The notes: generated from the letters alone by a model not told the origin. Shown: positions 26,156 to 36,036, counted from the stretch's first letter. The stretch is 48,761 nucleotides of DNA from Bacteroidales bacterium (GCA_003557725.1 PWNQ01000066.1:1-48761), one strand, 5' to 3'. Translations and numbers: made by a program.

Positions 26156-27046
26156 TTATTGTAAGTGTTTATGTGCATGATAGGATGACCGCACCAGAGG
26201 GGCACTTTCCACAAACTTAAACCCTTTCTCCAGCCCTGTGCGCTCATACTCCTCAAACTGCCCGGGAGTGACAAAGCGTTTTACTTCCAGGTTGCCGGGT
26301 GATGGCTGTAAATATTGCCCCAGGGTCATCACCTCACATCCGTTTTCCAGCAAGTCATCCATGGTTTCATATACTTCTTCATCTGTTTCTCCCAGTCCTA
26401 CCATGATGCCCGATTTTGCCCGCACTCCGGCATCACTGATTTGCTTTATCACCTTCAGGCTTAAATGATACTGTGCCCTGCTCCGTACTTCAGGGGTAAG
26501 CCTGCGCACCGTCTCCAGGTTGTGTGACACCACTTCCGGCCGGGTGTTGAGCACTTTTTCAATGAGGTTTTCCTTCCCCTGAAAATCGGGGATAAGAGCC
26601 TCAATGGTCACTTCCGGGTTATCTTTTTTTATTTGCCTGATGGTCATTTCCCAGTGTTCGGCTCCCAGGTCGTCCAGGTCATCCCGATCTACAGAGGTAA
26701 TTACCACATGCTTAAGGCCAAACTCCTTCACTGACCCGGCGATCTGAGCCGGCTCTTCCCCATCGGGGGGAGCCCCTTTTCCGGTTTTTACATTGCAGTA
26801 CCCACAGGCGCGCGTGCATATATCGCCCAGGATCATATATGTAGCTGTCTGATGCTCCCAGCATTGCCCAATATTGGGACACTTACCGCTAACACATATG
26901 GTATTTATATTTCTGTTTTTCAGCTTTTTATAAACATCGTGATAGCTGCTGCCTATGGGCATTTTCACTTTAAGCCAGGATGGCTTTCGCTGGCCCGCCA
27001 CCTGATTACCGGCCTTTTTCATTATTCTATGTTGTTTATTAACCAA
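26156..27046 (-). CDS. lipA: Lipoyl synthase LipA (radical SAM)
   Basis: N-terminal auxiliary cluster CxxxxCxxxxxC (CVSGKCPNIGQC) and radical-SAM CxxxCxxC (CTRACGYCNV). C-terminal RSSY motif (LVRSSYHA). Confidence 0.95.
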   Translation of the reverse strand: MVNKQHRIMKKAGNQVAGQRKPSWLKVKMPIGSSYHDVYKKLKNRNINTICVSGKCPNIGQCWEHQTATYMILGDICTRACGYCNVKTGKGAPPDGEEPAQIAGSVKEFGLKHVVITSVDRDDLDDLGAEHWEMTIRQIKKDNPEVTIEALIPDFQGKENLIEKVLNTRPEVVSHNLETVRRLTPEVRSRAQYHLSLKVIKQISDAGVRAKSGIMVGLGETDEEVYETMDDLLENGCEVMTLGQYLQPSPGNLEVKRFVTPGQFEEYERTGLEKGFKFVESAPLVRSSYHAHKHLQ

Positions 27047-27134
27047 ATAAGGAACTTATCACTATTGCGGTTCACTATTGCGGTGGGTTACCGTTTTTTT
27101 AACCCAACATTATGCTCCGTGCCCCATTCATCTA

Positions 27135-27734
27135 TTATTCAAGGGAGCTGCCATATAGCCCCATTTCCTTTATATAATCATAAACCCCTTCATCCAACAA
27201 ATAACGCATATCTTTTCCCTGGCGTATACCTTCCCGGATCATTTTAGCCGATATCTCCATCAGGGGAGCATCCACCAGTTTTATAGCGGGGTGTTGGGAA
27301 AGGTTGCCGGGGTCATACCCGGGTCTGGGATACACATAAATGGGATACCGTTCTAAGATCTCCCGGTAATTTTTCCATTTATGAAGGGTGCTCAGATTAT
27401 CGGTCCCCATGATCAAAGCGAAGGTTCTTCCGGGATATTTTTCATCCAGCACGGTTAATGTATGGATGGTATATCCGGGTTTTGGAAGCGTAAACTCCAC
27501 GTCGCTGGCCCGGAAGCGGGCATCATCCTTAATAGCTTCCTTAACCAGGTTCAGGCGGTGATGGTCTTTAAGCAGGTTTTTTTTCTTTTTAAAAGGGCTT
27601 TGCGGAGAAATCACAAACCATAAGTGATCCAGTGGGGAGTTTTCCACAATCTCACTGGCAACGATCAAATGGCCCACATGAATCGGGTTGAATGACCCGA
27701 AGAACAGTCCTGTTTTTTGGTCAATCTGTGCCAT
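27135..27734 (-). CDS. nadD: Nicotinate-nucleotide adenylyltransferase NadD
   Basis: GLFFGSFNPIHVGHL (the HxGH nucleotidyltransferase motif) and the C-terminal ISAKMIR (ISSTxxR-like) motif. Confidence 0.9.
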   Translation of the reverse strand: MAQIDQKTGLFFGSFNPIHVGHLIVASEIVENSPLDHLWFVISPQSPFKKKKNLLKDHHRLNLVKEAIKDDARFRASDVEFTLPKPGYTIHTLTVLDEKYPGRTFALIMGTDNLSTLHKWKNYREILERYPIYVYPRPGYDPGNLSQHPAIKLVDAPLMEISAKMIREGIRQGKDMRYLLDEGVYDYIKEMGLYGSSLE

Positions 27735-27739
27735 TTCAC

Positions 27740-28309
27740 TTATCCCTTTTTCAGAAACTGGTCAATTCCCATTATGGCCTCGCTTACTGCCTCCTCCAGG
27801 TTATCGTTTACAATAACCTTATCAAAATTATGGGCGTAAACCAACTCTGTTTTGGCCTTGTTCAACCGTTGATTTATGCTTCGGTCATCATCCCGGGCAC
27901 GTATTTCCAACCTTCTTTTCAGCTCCTCCAAAGAAGGGGGCATAATAAATAAGCCCAGGGATTGGTCAGGATATTTTTTCTTTATGTTCAGCCCTCCATT
28001 TACGTCCACATCAAAGATCACATGGTTTCCCTTTTTCCATATGCGGGTTAGTTCAGACTTTAAAGTACCATAATACTGTTTTTGGTAGACCTGTTCATAC
28101 TCCAGAAACTCATCCTGTTCGATGGATCGCTTAAAAGCCTGTAGTGTCATAAAATAATAGTCTTCCCCGTGCTTTTCATCTTTCCTGGGCTGACGGGTAG
28201 TGGCACTGCGAGAAAACTCTATATTCCCAAAATGCTTCAATACTTCTTTAATTATGCTTGTCTTTCCGGAGCCTGAAGGGGCTGAAATGATAATAAGCTT
28301 CCCTTGCAT
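27740..28309 (-). CDS. gmk: Guanylate kinase
   Basis: P-loop ISAPSGSGKTS, then SATTRQPRKDEKHGEDYYF. Confidence 0.95.
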   Translation of the reverse strand: MQGKLIIISAPSGSGKTSIIKEVLKHFGNIEFSRSATTRQPRKDEKHGEDYYFMTLQAFKRSIEQDEFLEYEQVYQKQYYGTLKSELTRIWKKGNHVIFDVDVNGGLNIKKKYPDQSLGLFIMPPSLEELKRRLEIRARDDDRSINQRLNKAKTELVYAHNFDKVIVNDNLEEAVSEAIMGIDQFLKKG

Positions 28310-28310
28310 A

Positions 28311-29189
28311 TCACAAAATATTAGCTAATTGTTCTTTGATTTTTTCCAGTTCATCTTTCATTTCCACCACCAGGGTCTGGATTTGTTGATGATTGGCTTT
28401 AGACCCAATGGTATTGACTTCCCTTCCCATCTCCTGGACAATAAAGTTAAGCTTTTTTCCAACGGCACCATCCGCCATTAATGTCTCCAGGAAGTAGAAG
28501 CAATGTTGTTTCAGTCGAACCATCTCTTCGGTCAGGTCAAGCTTTTCCAAATAGTACACCACCTCTTGTTCATACCTGTTCTCATCCAAAGTTTTATCTT
28601 CAATAAACCGGGCCAGTTCTCTGTTAAATTTTTCTTTCACTGTTTCCATTCGCCGGGGTTCATGCTGCCGTACCTCTCCCAGCAAATCCACCATAGTATT
28701 AATCCGCTGGCGGAAGTCCTCTTCCAGAACGGTTCCTTCCTCCCGCCGGTATTTTTCCAGTTGTTCCACTGCGTTTTCCATGGTTTTTTCCAGCGCTTTC
28801 CATTCCTTTTCTTCCAGTTTCTGCTGTTTGATCTTTATCACTTCCGGCAGCCTCATGGCCAGTTGCAGGTAGTCGGGGGCTGCTGCCTGGTGCTTCATTT
28901 GTTTATTCAATTGCACCAGTTCGTTATAGTATCCCAGAGCCACACTATGGTCGATGGCATGTTCGGTTTGTTCTCCGGTTAATTCTCTGTGGATATTTAT
29001 GCTTACTTTCCCTCGTTGGAGCCACCGGCTAAGTCTGGAGCGGATCAGCGGTTCTTTCTCGTTATAGATGTATGGCAGCCGGGCGTTAAGGTCAAGCTGT
29101 TTGCTGTTCAGTGTTTTTATTTCCACGGTAATCTTAACGTGTTCCAGCTCTGCAGCCGCCTTACCATACCCTGTCATGGAGCGCAACAT
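28311..29189 (-). CDS. yicC: YicC-family stress-induced protein
   Basis: N-terminal MLRSMTGYG and C-terminal QEMGREVNTIGSKA...VEMKDELEKIKEQLANIL are hallmark YicC_N/DUF1732 motifs. There is a 1-nt gap to gmk. Confidence 0.85.
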   Translation of the reverse strand: MLRSMTGYGKAAAELEHVKITVEIKTLNSKQLDLNARLPYIYNEKEPLIRSRLSRWLQRGKVSINIHRELTGEQTEHAIDHSVALGYYNELVQLNKQMKHQAAAPDYLQLAMRLPEVIKIKQQKLEEKEWKALEKTMENAVEQLEKYRREEGTVLEEDFRQRINTMVDLLGEVRQHEPRRMETVKEKFNRELARFIEDKTLDENRYEQEVVYYLEKLDLTEEMVRLKQHCFYFLETLMADGAVGKKLNFIVQEMGREVNTIGSKANHQQIQTLVVEMKDELEKIKEQLANIL

Positions 29190-29214
29190 AATATACTTGT
29201 CTTTAATGAATGGG

Positions 29215-29222
29215 CAAATATA
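29215..29222 (-). promoter_or_regulatory. Candidate -7 promoter box for the yicC-gmk-nadD operon (TATATTTG on the minus strand)
   Basis: The plus strand reads CAAATATA, the reverse complement of TAnnTTTG, 26 nt upstream of the yicC start at 29189. Confidence 0.35.
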
Positions 29223-29269
29223 ACCAAAAAAGCCATGCCCGAGCGAGCCCCTTAATGGGCGGCATTCAT

Positions 29270-29809
29270 CTAAGTGGGTATCCGCCCGGCAAAGGCCAGC
29301 CTATTGGCATAATAAGCCATGGTAATATGATTGATTATCACCCCGGCCGAAGAGGAAGCATGCACAAAATACCCTTTGGAGATATGTACCCCCACATGCG
29401 AGATCTTTTTTCCCGTGACGTTAAAAAATAGCAAATCCCCTTCTTTCAGATTGTTTATGGGGATCTTTTTGGCCATGGCAGCCATATCTTCTGATCGCCT
29501 GGGCAACTGAATACCATACACTTCTTCATATATGCTCCGTGCCAGGCAGGAGCAGTCCGTACCTTCAGTACTGCATCCCCCCATTTGGTATGGTGTTCCC
29601 AGCCACTGTCCCACTTCGCGGAGCAAGGCCGGAGACTCGTCTCCCACTAAGGAATATCCAACCCGGCGGGAGTATTCCCGGTAGAAGTGGTGGGGGTACT
29701 CTTCAGCAACAGAATCAGCCACGGGAGCTGGGGGGTGCTGGCGCAAAAAAGCGCATCCCGTGCTGAAAACCAACCCTGTTAAAAGTAGCCCCAAGACAAA
29801 AACCCGCAT
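29270..29809 (-). CDS. NlpC/P60 (C40) family peptidoglycan peptidase lipoprotein
   Basis: Lipobox LVFSTGC. Catalytic Cys context GTDCSCLARSIY and His context ISHVGVHISKGYFVHAS. Confidence 0.8.
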   Translation of the reverse strand: MRVFVLGLLLTGLVFSTGCAFLRQHPPAPVADSVAEEYPHHFYREYSRRVGYSLVGDESPALLREVGQWLGTPYQMGGCSTEGTDCSCLARSIYEEVYGIQLPRRSEDMAAMAKKIPINNLKEGDLLFFNVTGKKISHVGVHISKGYFVHASSSAGVIINHITMAYYANRLAFAGRIPT

Positions 29810-29820
29810 GCTCGTATGGT

Positions 29821-31020
29821 TTAGCCTGTGTGATTATCCATGGCGCTGATCCCAGGCAGTGTTTTTCCTTCAATATACTCTAGCATCGCCCCTCCACCGG
29901 TGGACACATAGCTGATCATGTCGTTGAGCATATAGCTGTTAATGGCTGCCACCGAGTCACCTCCTCCTACCAGAGAAAAGGACCCGCTGATGGTAGCACT
30001 GGAGACGGCAATAGCCACCGATTTGGTTCCCTGTTTAAAGTTGGACATTTCAAAAACACCCATGGGGCCATTCCATAATATGGTAGCAGACTTATTGATG
30101 ATCTCGGCAAACCTTCTGCACGACCGCTGGCCAATATCCAGTCCCATCCAGTCGGCAGGAATGCTATTAATTTCAGAGGCATCAATATTGGCCTCATTGC
30201 TAAATGAATCTGCAATTATGGCATCCACGGGCAAGTACAGATTGACTCCCTGAAGCATCATTTCCCGGATTATGTATTTGGCCAGCTCCACTTTATCATC
30301 TTCGATCATGGACCCTCCCACTTCTCCTCCCAGTGCTTTCACGAAAGTAAAAGCCATCCCCCCGCCTATGATCATATTATCCACCTTGTTAAGCAGGTTT
30401 TTAATAATCTCTATTTTGCTGGATACCTTGGCTCCTCCAATAATAGCGGTAAATGGTGGTTGTGGATACTTAAGCACCTTGTCCAGGCTTTTTAGTTCAT
30501 TGGTCATCAATAATCCAAAGAACTTTTTGTCGGGAAAGAACCGTGCTATTTTAGACGTGGAAGCATGGTCGCGATGAGCTGTGGCAAAAGCATCGTTAAC
30601 ATATATTTCACCCAGCTCACTCAGCTTTTTGGCAAACCCATCATCTCCGGCCTCTTCCTCGGGATGAAACCTTAAGTTCTCCAGAAGCAATACCTCTCCT
30701 GGTTTGAGGGTTGAAGCTGCTTTGGAGGTTGATTCACCCACTGCACTACCAGCAAATTTAACATTGGTTTTTAGTAGTTTAGAAAGATGTGGCAATACCG
30801 GACTCAGAGAATAATCCTGCTCATAGATCCCTTTGGGCCGGCCCAAATGAGACATTAAAACGGCTGACCCGCCACTTTCTAAAATCTTTTTTATGGTGGG
30901 AATAGATTCTCGTATGCGTGTATCATCCGTAATTTGACGGTTATGGTTCAGAGGTACATTAAAATCAACCCGGATCAGAACCCGTTTACCAGAAAACTCA
31001 TAGTTTTCGATTGTTTTCAT
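29821..31020 (-). CDS. pgk: Phosphoglycerate kinase
   Basis: KRVLIRVDFNVPL, SHLGRPKG, NDAFATAHR and GGGDS motifs. The tracked ORF starts at 31131, but the conserved N-terminus begins at MKTIENYEFSGKRV (ATG 31020). Confidence 0.95.
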   Translation of the reverse strand: MKTIENYEFSGKRVLIRVDFNVPLNHNRQITDDTRIRESIPTIKKILESGGSAVLMSHLGRPKGIYEQDYSLSPVLPHLSKLLKTNVKFAGSAVGESTSKAASTLKPGEVLLLENLRFHPEEEAGDDGFAKKLSELGEIYVNDAFATAHRDHASTSKIARFFPDKKFFGLLMTNELKSLDKVLKYPQPPFTAIIGGAKVSSKIEIIKNLLNKVDNMIIGGGMAFTFVKALGGEVGGSMIEDDKVELAKYIIREMMLQGVNLYLPVDAIIADSFSNEANIDASEINSIPADWMGLDIGQRSCRRFAEIINKSATILWNGPMGVFEMSNFKQGTKSVAIAVSSATISGSFSLVGGGDSVAAINSYMLNDMISYVSTGGGAMLEYIEGKTLPGISAMDNHTG

Positions 31021-31264
31021 GCTATCATCATTTTTTACCTGAAGATGCGCACCGCCGGGCCTGCCACTTTCTGCAGGCATCATTCCGGCCCGTAAAAGAC
31101 CCTGTGACTTCTGACGCTTTGGATTCTCCAACTGCCGGAAAAACCACAGTTATCCTCAGGGGGCACCACTTTACCGGTATATTCTTTTATGGTTTATTCA
31201 AAGTTGTAAAAATACACAAAAAACCTTACTCAAAAACGCCTTTTCCGATAACACGGAAAAAATG

Positions 31265-31272
31265 TACATTTG
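31265..31272 (+). promoter_or_regulatory. Candidate -7 promoter box (TACATTTG)
   Basis: Exact TAnnTTTG match. It sits on top of the tracked ATG 31262 and 32 nt upstream of ATG 31304, which supports the shorter CDS. Confidence 0.35.
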
Positions 31273-31303
31273 CGCAAAATACCACAAAAATATCCGTGAT
31301 TTT

Positions 31304-32092
31304 ATGGAGTTATTGACAGTGAGCTATCTTCAAACTGCTCTTTTCTGGGAGGACCGCGCAGCAAACCGGGAGATGCTGTGGGCGAAAATCCGGCAGTTGC
31401 CATCCAGTCATATTATTATTCTTCCCGAAATGTTTGATACGGGTTTTTCCATGGAGCCGGATCAGATAAAAGAGCAAAGTGAAGCGCACACCCGTTCCTG
31501 GATGCTGGGTTGTGCCAGGGAGCTAAACAGTGTCATTTGCGGCAGCATTGTGGTTAAGGATTCGGGGCGATATTACAATCGTTTCCACTGGGTAGACCCT
31601 AAAGGGGGTGTTACGGTCTATGATAAGAAGCATTTGTTTCGCATGGGTCAGGAGCCACTGCACTATTCACCGGGTAATTCCCGTGTGGTGATCAACTATA
31701 AAGGGTGGAAGATCATGCCTTTTGTGTGTTATGACTTGCGTTTTCCGGTATGGGCCAGGAATGAGCGAAAAAATAACACCTTCACCTATGACATGCTTAT
31801 TTGTGTAGCCAACTGGCCTGCCCCCCGCAGTCAGGCATGGAAGACCCTCTTAGAGGCGCGGGCATTGGAAAATCAGGCCTATTGTGTGGGAGTAAATCGT
31901 ATAGGGCAAGACCATAATGGGTTATCATACAGTGGGGATTCTGTAATTTTGGATGCCAGGGGGCACTGCCTGGAACGCAGCGCTCCCTGTATAGACCATG
32001 GGGGAACGGCAACACTGAGCCTACAGGAGTTAAATGACTTCAGGGAAAAGTTTCCGGTTAGCCTTGACTGGGATGCTTTCCTAATGAAATAG
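31304..32092 (+). CDS. Carbon-nitrogen hydrolase (nitrilase superfamily) amidohydrolase, YafV/omega-amidase-like
   Basis: Glu-Lys-Cys triad contexts LPEMFDTGF, YDKKHLF and MPFVCYDLRFP. The start was moved to MELLTVSYLQT. Confidence 0.8.
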   Translation: MELLTVSYLQTALFWEDRAANREMLWAKIRQLPSSHIIILPEMFDTGFSMEPDQIKEQSEAHTRSWMLGCARELNSVICGSIVVKDSGRYYNRFHWVDPKGGVTVYDKKHLFRMGQEPLHYSPGNSRVVINYKGWKIMPFVCYDLRFPVWARNERKNNTFTYDMLICVANWPAPRSQAWKTLLEARALENQAYCVGVNRIGQDHNGLSYSGDSVILDARGHCLERSAPCIDHGGTATLSLQELNDFREKFPVSLDWDAFLMK

Positions 32093-32127
32093 CAAAGGTC
32101 TTCCTTTGTTAAACAAATTAATACCAA

Positions 32128-33831
32128 ATGAATGCATATACGGTTGATCCTTATGCCCCCTCCCGGCTCATCACTGGCCAGGTAATGGTGGGAGACGTAC
32201 CAGTTGGCGGAGGCAACCCGGTCCGGATACAGTCTATGACAAATACCTCCACCATGGATGTCCACGCCACAGCAGCACAGGCCGCTAAGATTGCTGAGGC
32301 GGGTGCCCAAATGGTGCGTATTGCGGTGGCAAACCTTGAACAGGTGAAAGCGTTGGAAGAGATTCGTCATCTGTTGACAGCACAATCCTTTAATATTCCC
32401 CTGATCGCAGACACCCATTTTAACCCCGAAATCGCTGTTGCTGCAGCAAAAGTAGTGGAAAAAGTACGCATCAACCCGGGCAATTTTCTTTCCCGCCACC
32501 ATTGGAAGCCCGGGAAAGATGGGGATACATTAAAAAGAATGGAGGAGAAACTCCTTCCCCTGCTGGAGACCTGCAAAAAGCACAATACCGCCCTGCGCAT
32601 CGGCAGTAACCACGGAAGCCTTTCCCCACGTATCCTTTATCATTGGGGAAATACTCCTGAAGGCATGGTACAGTCGGTTATGGAATTTGTTCATCTCTGC
32701 CAACGCCACCAGTTTAATCAACTAATCCTGTCGCTCAAATCCTCCCATATTCAAACCATGGTGTACTCCTATCGCCTGTTGGCACATGCCATGATTAAGC
32801 GGGGTCCCATATACCCTCTTCACCTTGGGGTAACAGAGGCAGGATTGGGAGAAGACGGGCGCATCCGCTCTGCTGCCGGGACCGGTGCGCTGCTCCTTGA
32901 CGGACTGGGCGATACCATCCGGGTCTCCTTAACAGAAAACCCTGAAAACGAAATTGAAATTGCCAAAATGCTGGCAAAAATGGCACCCCCCACCGGCAAA
33001 AACCAGGTGAAAAAATATACTCAACTACCTTATAGCCCTTTTGGGTCTGAAACCCCTATGCCCACCGATCCGATTATGGATAGCCCGGGAAGACCCATAG
33101 TGGTATTTAATAAGCCTGTACCTGGCCAGCTATACTTTGCCGGAGATCATATAATCTCCCCAAAGGGGGATACCCGATATAAGGCATGCTTTGTTGAAGG
33201 CCGGGAGGATGCAGAGCAGCTCAAAAGCCATGACCACTTGCCGGATATTATCATTTTGAGGATTACCGATGCCGGAGCGGGACGCTCTATAATTATGGGC
33301 CTTCACAAAGCCGGCATTCACGTTCCCATATTACTATATGTTTCCCTTCACTCCAGTGACTATTGGGCATGCCGGACCTGGCGGGCCGCCCTTGGCAGCT
33401 TGTTTTTACTGGATGGCCTGGTCAGGGGCTTGTACATGGACACAGAAAGATCCCGAGGCTCTTCCTCCCTGGATTTTTCCAACAGCCTTTTGCAGTCTCT
33501 GGGGTTACAATATCATTCCGCGGTGTTCATCTCCTGTCCGGGCTGCGGAAGGACTCTGTTTGACCTGGAAGCAGCTTCCCGGGAAGTAAAACAAGCCCTG
33601 GGGCACCTTAAAGGGTTAAAAATTGCTGTAATGGGCTGTATCGTAAATGGACCGGGGGAAATGGCTGATGCCGATTACGGCTTTGTGGGAGCACCCGGAG
33701 GGAATGTGACCATCTACCGGAAAAAGAAACCCGTGGCGAAAAATATTCCACGCAATAAAGCACTGGAAATGCTTACTGATTTAATCAAAAAAAATGGCGA
33801 ATGGGCCCCTAAAAATAGCGAATGCCCCTAA
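32128..33831 (+). CDS. ispG: 4-hydroxy-3-methylbut-2-en-1-yl diphosphate synthase IspG/GcpE, long form with an inserted domain
   Basis: VGGGNPVRIQSMTNT, ADTHFN, RINPGN and GVTEAG motifs. The C-terminal [4Fe-4S] ligands are in SCPGCGRT and GCIVNGPGE. About 200 extra residues between the TIM-barrel and cluster domains mark the long (three-domain) class. Confidence 0.95.
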   Translation: MNAYTVDPYAPSRLITGQVMVGDVPVGGGNPVRIQSMTNTSTMDVHATAAQAAKIAEAGAQMVRIAVANLEQVKALEEIRHLLTAQSFNIPLIADTHFNPEIAVAAAKVVEKVRINPGNFLSRHHWKPGKDGDTLKRMEEKLLPLLETCKKHNTALRIGSNHGSLSPRILYHWGNTPEGMVQSVMEFVHLCQRHQFNQLILSLKSSHIQTMVYSYRLLAHAMIKRGPIYPLHLGVTEAGLGEDGRIRSAAGTGALLLDGLGDTIRVSLTENPENEIEIAKMLAKMAPPTGKNQVKKYTQLPYSPFGSETPMPTDPIMDSPGRPIVVFNKPVPGQLYFAGDHIISPKGDTRYKACFVEGREDAEQLKSHDHLPDIIILRITDAGAGRSIIMGLHKAGIHVPILLYVSLHSSDYWACRTWRAALGSLFLLDGLVRGLYMDTERSRGSSSLDFSNSLLQSLGLQYHSAVFISCPGCGRTLFDLEAASREVKQALGHLKGLKIAVMGCIVNGPGEMADADYGFVGAPGGNVTIYRKKKPVAKNIPRNKALEMLTDLIKKNGEWAPKNSECP

Positions 33832-33943
33832 GTTTGAGAGCAAAGGGGCTATTCGCAGCAAAACAAACAGGAAACAACTAAAAAGTAGTTCTAAACCCTC
33901 AGACAAAAAAAAGGCCTTTAGGGTTGCAAAAAAAAGCACTTTT

Positions 33944-36034
33944 TTACAAAATAATTAGCTTCTGCCTTCTACTTGTTTCATTATCAGGAAGTATAACATC
34001 AATAAAAAATACACCTTGTGGCAATCCCTGAAGGTTTACCCGCAAAACTCCTTCCCCGGCATCCATCAAATAATGCCTTTTGCCCACACGTTTTCCACAG
34101 ATTGAGTAAATCATCAGCTCCACGTTTCCGGAACGGGCTAAATTTACTGGCACCATCACCTGATTATCTTTGGAAGGGTTGGGAAAAACATCTCCAATCA
34201 TTTTATTTTCAGGCTTCCTGTTAAGTATATATCCGGAAATTTTATCATTTTTCACCTCCAGTATCACACTATCCACAGAAGAATTATTGTTATCAAGCGT
34301 AATTTCCACTGGTTTACAATACTTTCCCGGATAGTCTGCATACACAAGATAATCGCCGAAGGGCAGATCGCTTACGGAAAAGGTCCCATTGCTACTGGTA
34401 TAGGTGTGAGCTGCTACCTGAGCACTATGTTCTTCCAGGATAATGATCTCTCTTTGCTTCAGCGTCAGGTGCTTTCCGGGGGGATAATTTAAAACCGACC
34501 CCGTGGTGTCGTAATAAAGGAATCCGCTAATGGCTCCCGGCCCTGTCCCTTGCATATTGCTTAAATCGACCATCTCAATATTCATGTTAAAAGTATTGTG
34601 GTTAAGCTGTAAGCTTAGCGACTGATCCCAAAACAGTTGATGGTCATAATAGGTGGGAACGGTTATATTTGAATAGATGGAGTAGTCTGCCGGATAAACC
34701 TTTACCTTGTAATTCCCCTGAATGACATCGATAAAATAAAAATACCCCAGTGTGTCAAAGCGAGCCGTATCCACAGGCTCCAGGTAGTTGTTAATATCCC
34801 TGTAAAGGATGGCATCAAATACATCAATGGGGAAAGAATTGTGAAACACCTGTCCACCAAGCAAGTGATAAGAAGGGGACCCCACCGTAACCATTTTCTC
34901 CCTGGTAGAGATACAACTATCCATGGTGAGAATGGTTAGTGATACTTTATATACGCCCACCTGCGGGAAAGTATGAGCGGGGTTCTGAGCCAGGGAGCTA
35001 TTTCCGTCCCCAAAATCCCAATAGTAGCCTGTAATGGGCCCGTTAACTGCTAAAGAGTGATCATAGAATAAAAAGTCTTTATTGCTGGCGGTGGTGGTAT
35101 CTTCCTCAAAGGAAAAATCCGCATTGCAGGTTCCATCCGCATCGTCTTCAATAAAAAAGCGGTGGTCATATTGGGAATAACAGCCGTTGTTTGTAGTAAT
35201 GGCTAGCTTAACCGTATAAATCCCTTTATTAACAAACTGATGACTGGGTTTTTTTTGTGTGGATGTATTTCCGTCATCAAAATCCCAGTAATAGGAAGTA
35301 ATATGATCCGAAGGCTTTGAGTTGTCAAAAAAGTGATAGTAGTTCATAATGCCTGCCGCTTTATCTTTTTGAAAGTAAAAGTCGGCGTTGCAATAGCTGG
35401 TGTCCTCTACCACATTAATGGTGTCACAATGGCTTGCAAAGTCACCGTCAGCAGCATACACAGAGAGACAAACGGAATAACGGCCGGTGTCGGGAAAGAT
35501 ATACTGGGGGTTAGCCACTGCGGAATACGTATGCCCGGCAAAGACCCATTGGCGAGACTGAATAGGTGATGAGGCAGATGAATTGTCGAAAAAAGAGTAT
35601 TTATACCCGTTCAGACTGTCTTTAACAAAATAAAAATCCGCGTTACAGAAGGAGTTATCATCATAACATATTTCAAATGATGCCTGAAAATGCGAACTTC
35701 CATCAAACTCGGACAGATCTTCATGGACCAGGTCTTCACAGTCTTTTACATATATAAGCACCATACCGCTGGAGAAAGGAAACGGAATGGTGTCAGCGTA
35801 CAGCCCCAAAGAGTCTGTTAAAACCATTACATTATCAAAATATCCACTTCCGCTGACCAAAATATTCACTTCTTTGGCAGGGATGGGTTCGCCGCTGTTA
35901 TCTGTAACCGCCCCCTGTATGAACAGGGTGGACGTCTGGCTGTATATTGACGTAGAAGCCAGTAAAAACAGCACAGTAAATTGAATAAATAGTGAATTTG
36001 GTTTCATTTTTTCCAGATTATTATGCTTGTTCAT
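33944..36034 (-). CDS. Secreted multi-domain protein: CarboxypepD_reg-like domain, three tandem PKD domains, further Ig-like/CarboxypepD_reg-like modules and a T9SS CTD
   Basis: Signal peptide FIQFTVLFLLASTSIYSQ. There are three ~87-aa repeats, each opening with CNADF(Y/S)F and containing WDFGDGN/WDFDDGN (the PKD signature). The C-terminal CTD reads VFPNPSKDNQVMVPV...GVFFIDVILPDNETSRRQKLIIL. Confidence 0.85.
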   Translation of the reverse strand: MNKHNNLEKMKPNSLFIQFTVLFLLASTSIYSQTSTLFIQGAVTDNSGEPIPAKEVNILVSGSGYFDNVMVLTDSLGLYADTIPFPFSSGMVLIYVKDCEDLVHEDLSEFDGSSHFQASFEICYDDNSFCNADFYFVKDSLNGYKYSFFDNSSASSPIQSRQWVFAGHTYSAVANPQYIFPDTGRYSVCLSVYAADGDFASHCDTINVVEDTSYCNADFYFQKDKAAGIMNYYHFFDNSKPSDHITSYYWDFDDGNTSTQKKPSHQFVNKGIYTVKLAITTNNGCYSQYDHRFFIEDDADGTCNADFSFEEDTTTASNKDFLFYDHSLAVNGPITGYYWDFGDGNSSLAQNPAHTFPQVGVYKVSLTILTMDSCISTREKMVTVGSPSYHLLGGQVFHNSFPIDVFDAILYRDINNYLEPVDTARFDTLGYFYFIDVIQGNYKVKVYPADYSIYSNITVPTYYDHQLFWDQSLSLQLNHNTFNMNIEMVDLSNMQGTGPGAISGFLYYDTTGSVLNYPPGKHLTLKQREIIILEEHSAQVAAHTYTSSNGTFSVSDLPFGDYLVYADYPGKYCKPVEITLDNNNSSVDSVILEVKNDKISGYILNRKPENKMIGDVFPNPSKDNQVMVPVNLARSGNVELMIYSICGKRVGKRHYLMDAGEGVLRVNLQGLPQGVFFIDVILPDNETSRRQKLIIL

Positions 36035-36036
36035 TG

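Noticed and set aside
26149-26274. N-terminal 42-codon extension of lipB that overlaps lipA by 119 nt
   Set aside because: The extension (MSLPGSLRSMSAQGWRKGLSLWKVPLWCGHPI...) is just the alternate-frame read of the lipA 3' end. The conserved LipB sequence begins at the ATG at 26148, 7 nt after the lipA stop.
31021-31131. A 37-codon N-terminal extension of pgk
   Set aside because: Pgk homologues begin at MKTI..., immediately before the KRVLIRVDFNVP motif. The extension is Arg/Gly/Pro-rich and non-conserved-looking.
33918-33933. Exact 16-mer TTAGGGTTGCAAAAAA, repeated at 38085-38100 (downstream of the PKD gene and upstream of the ECF sigma gene)
   Set aside because: It is tempting as an operon-bracketing repeat or ECF promoter element. 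But a single shared 16-mer that is half A-tract is close to chance expectation in 2 x 49 kb, the flanks do not match, and the two copies sit in non-equivalent positions relative to genes.
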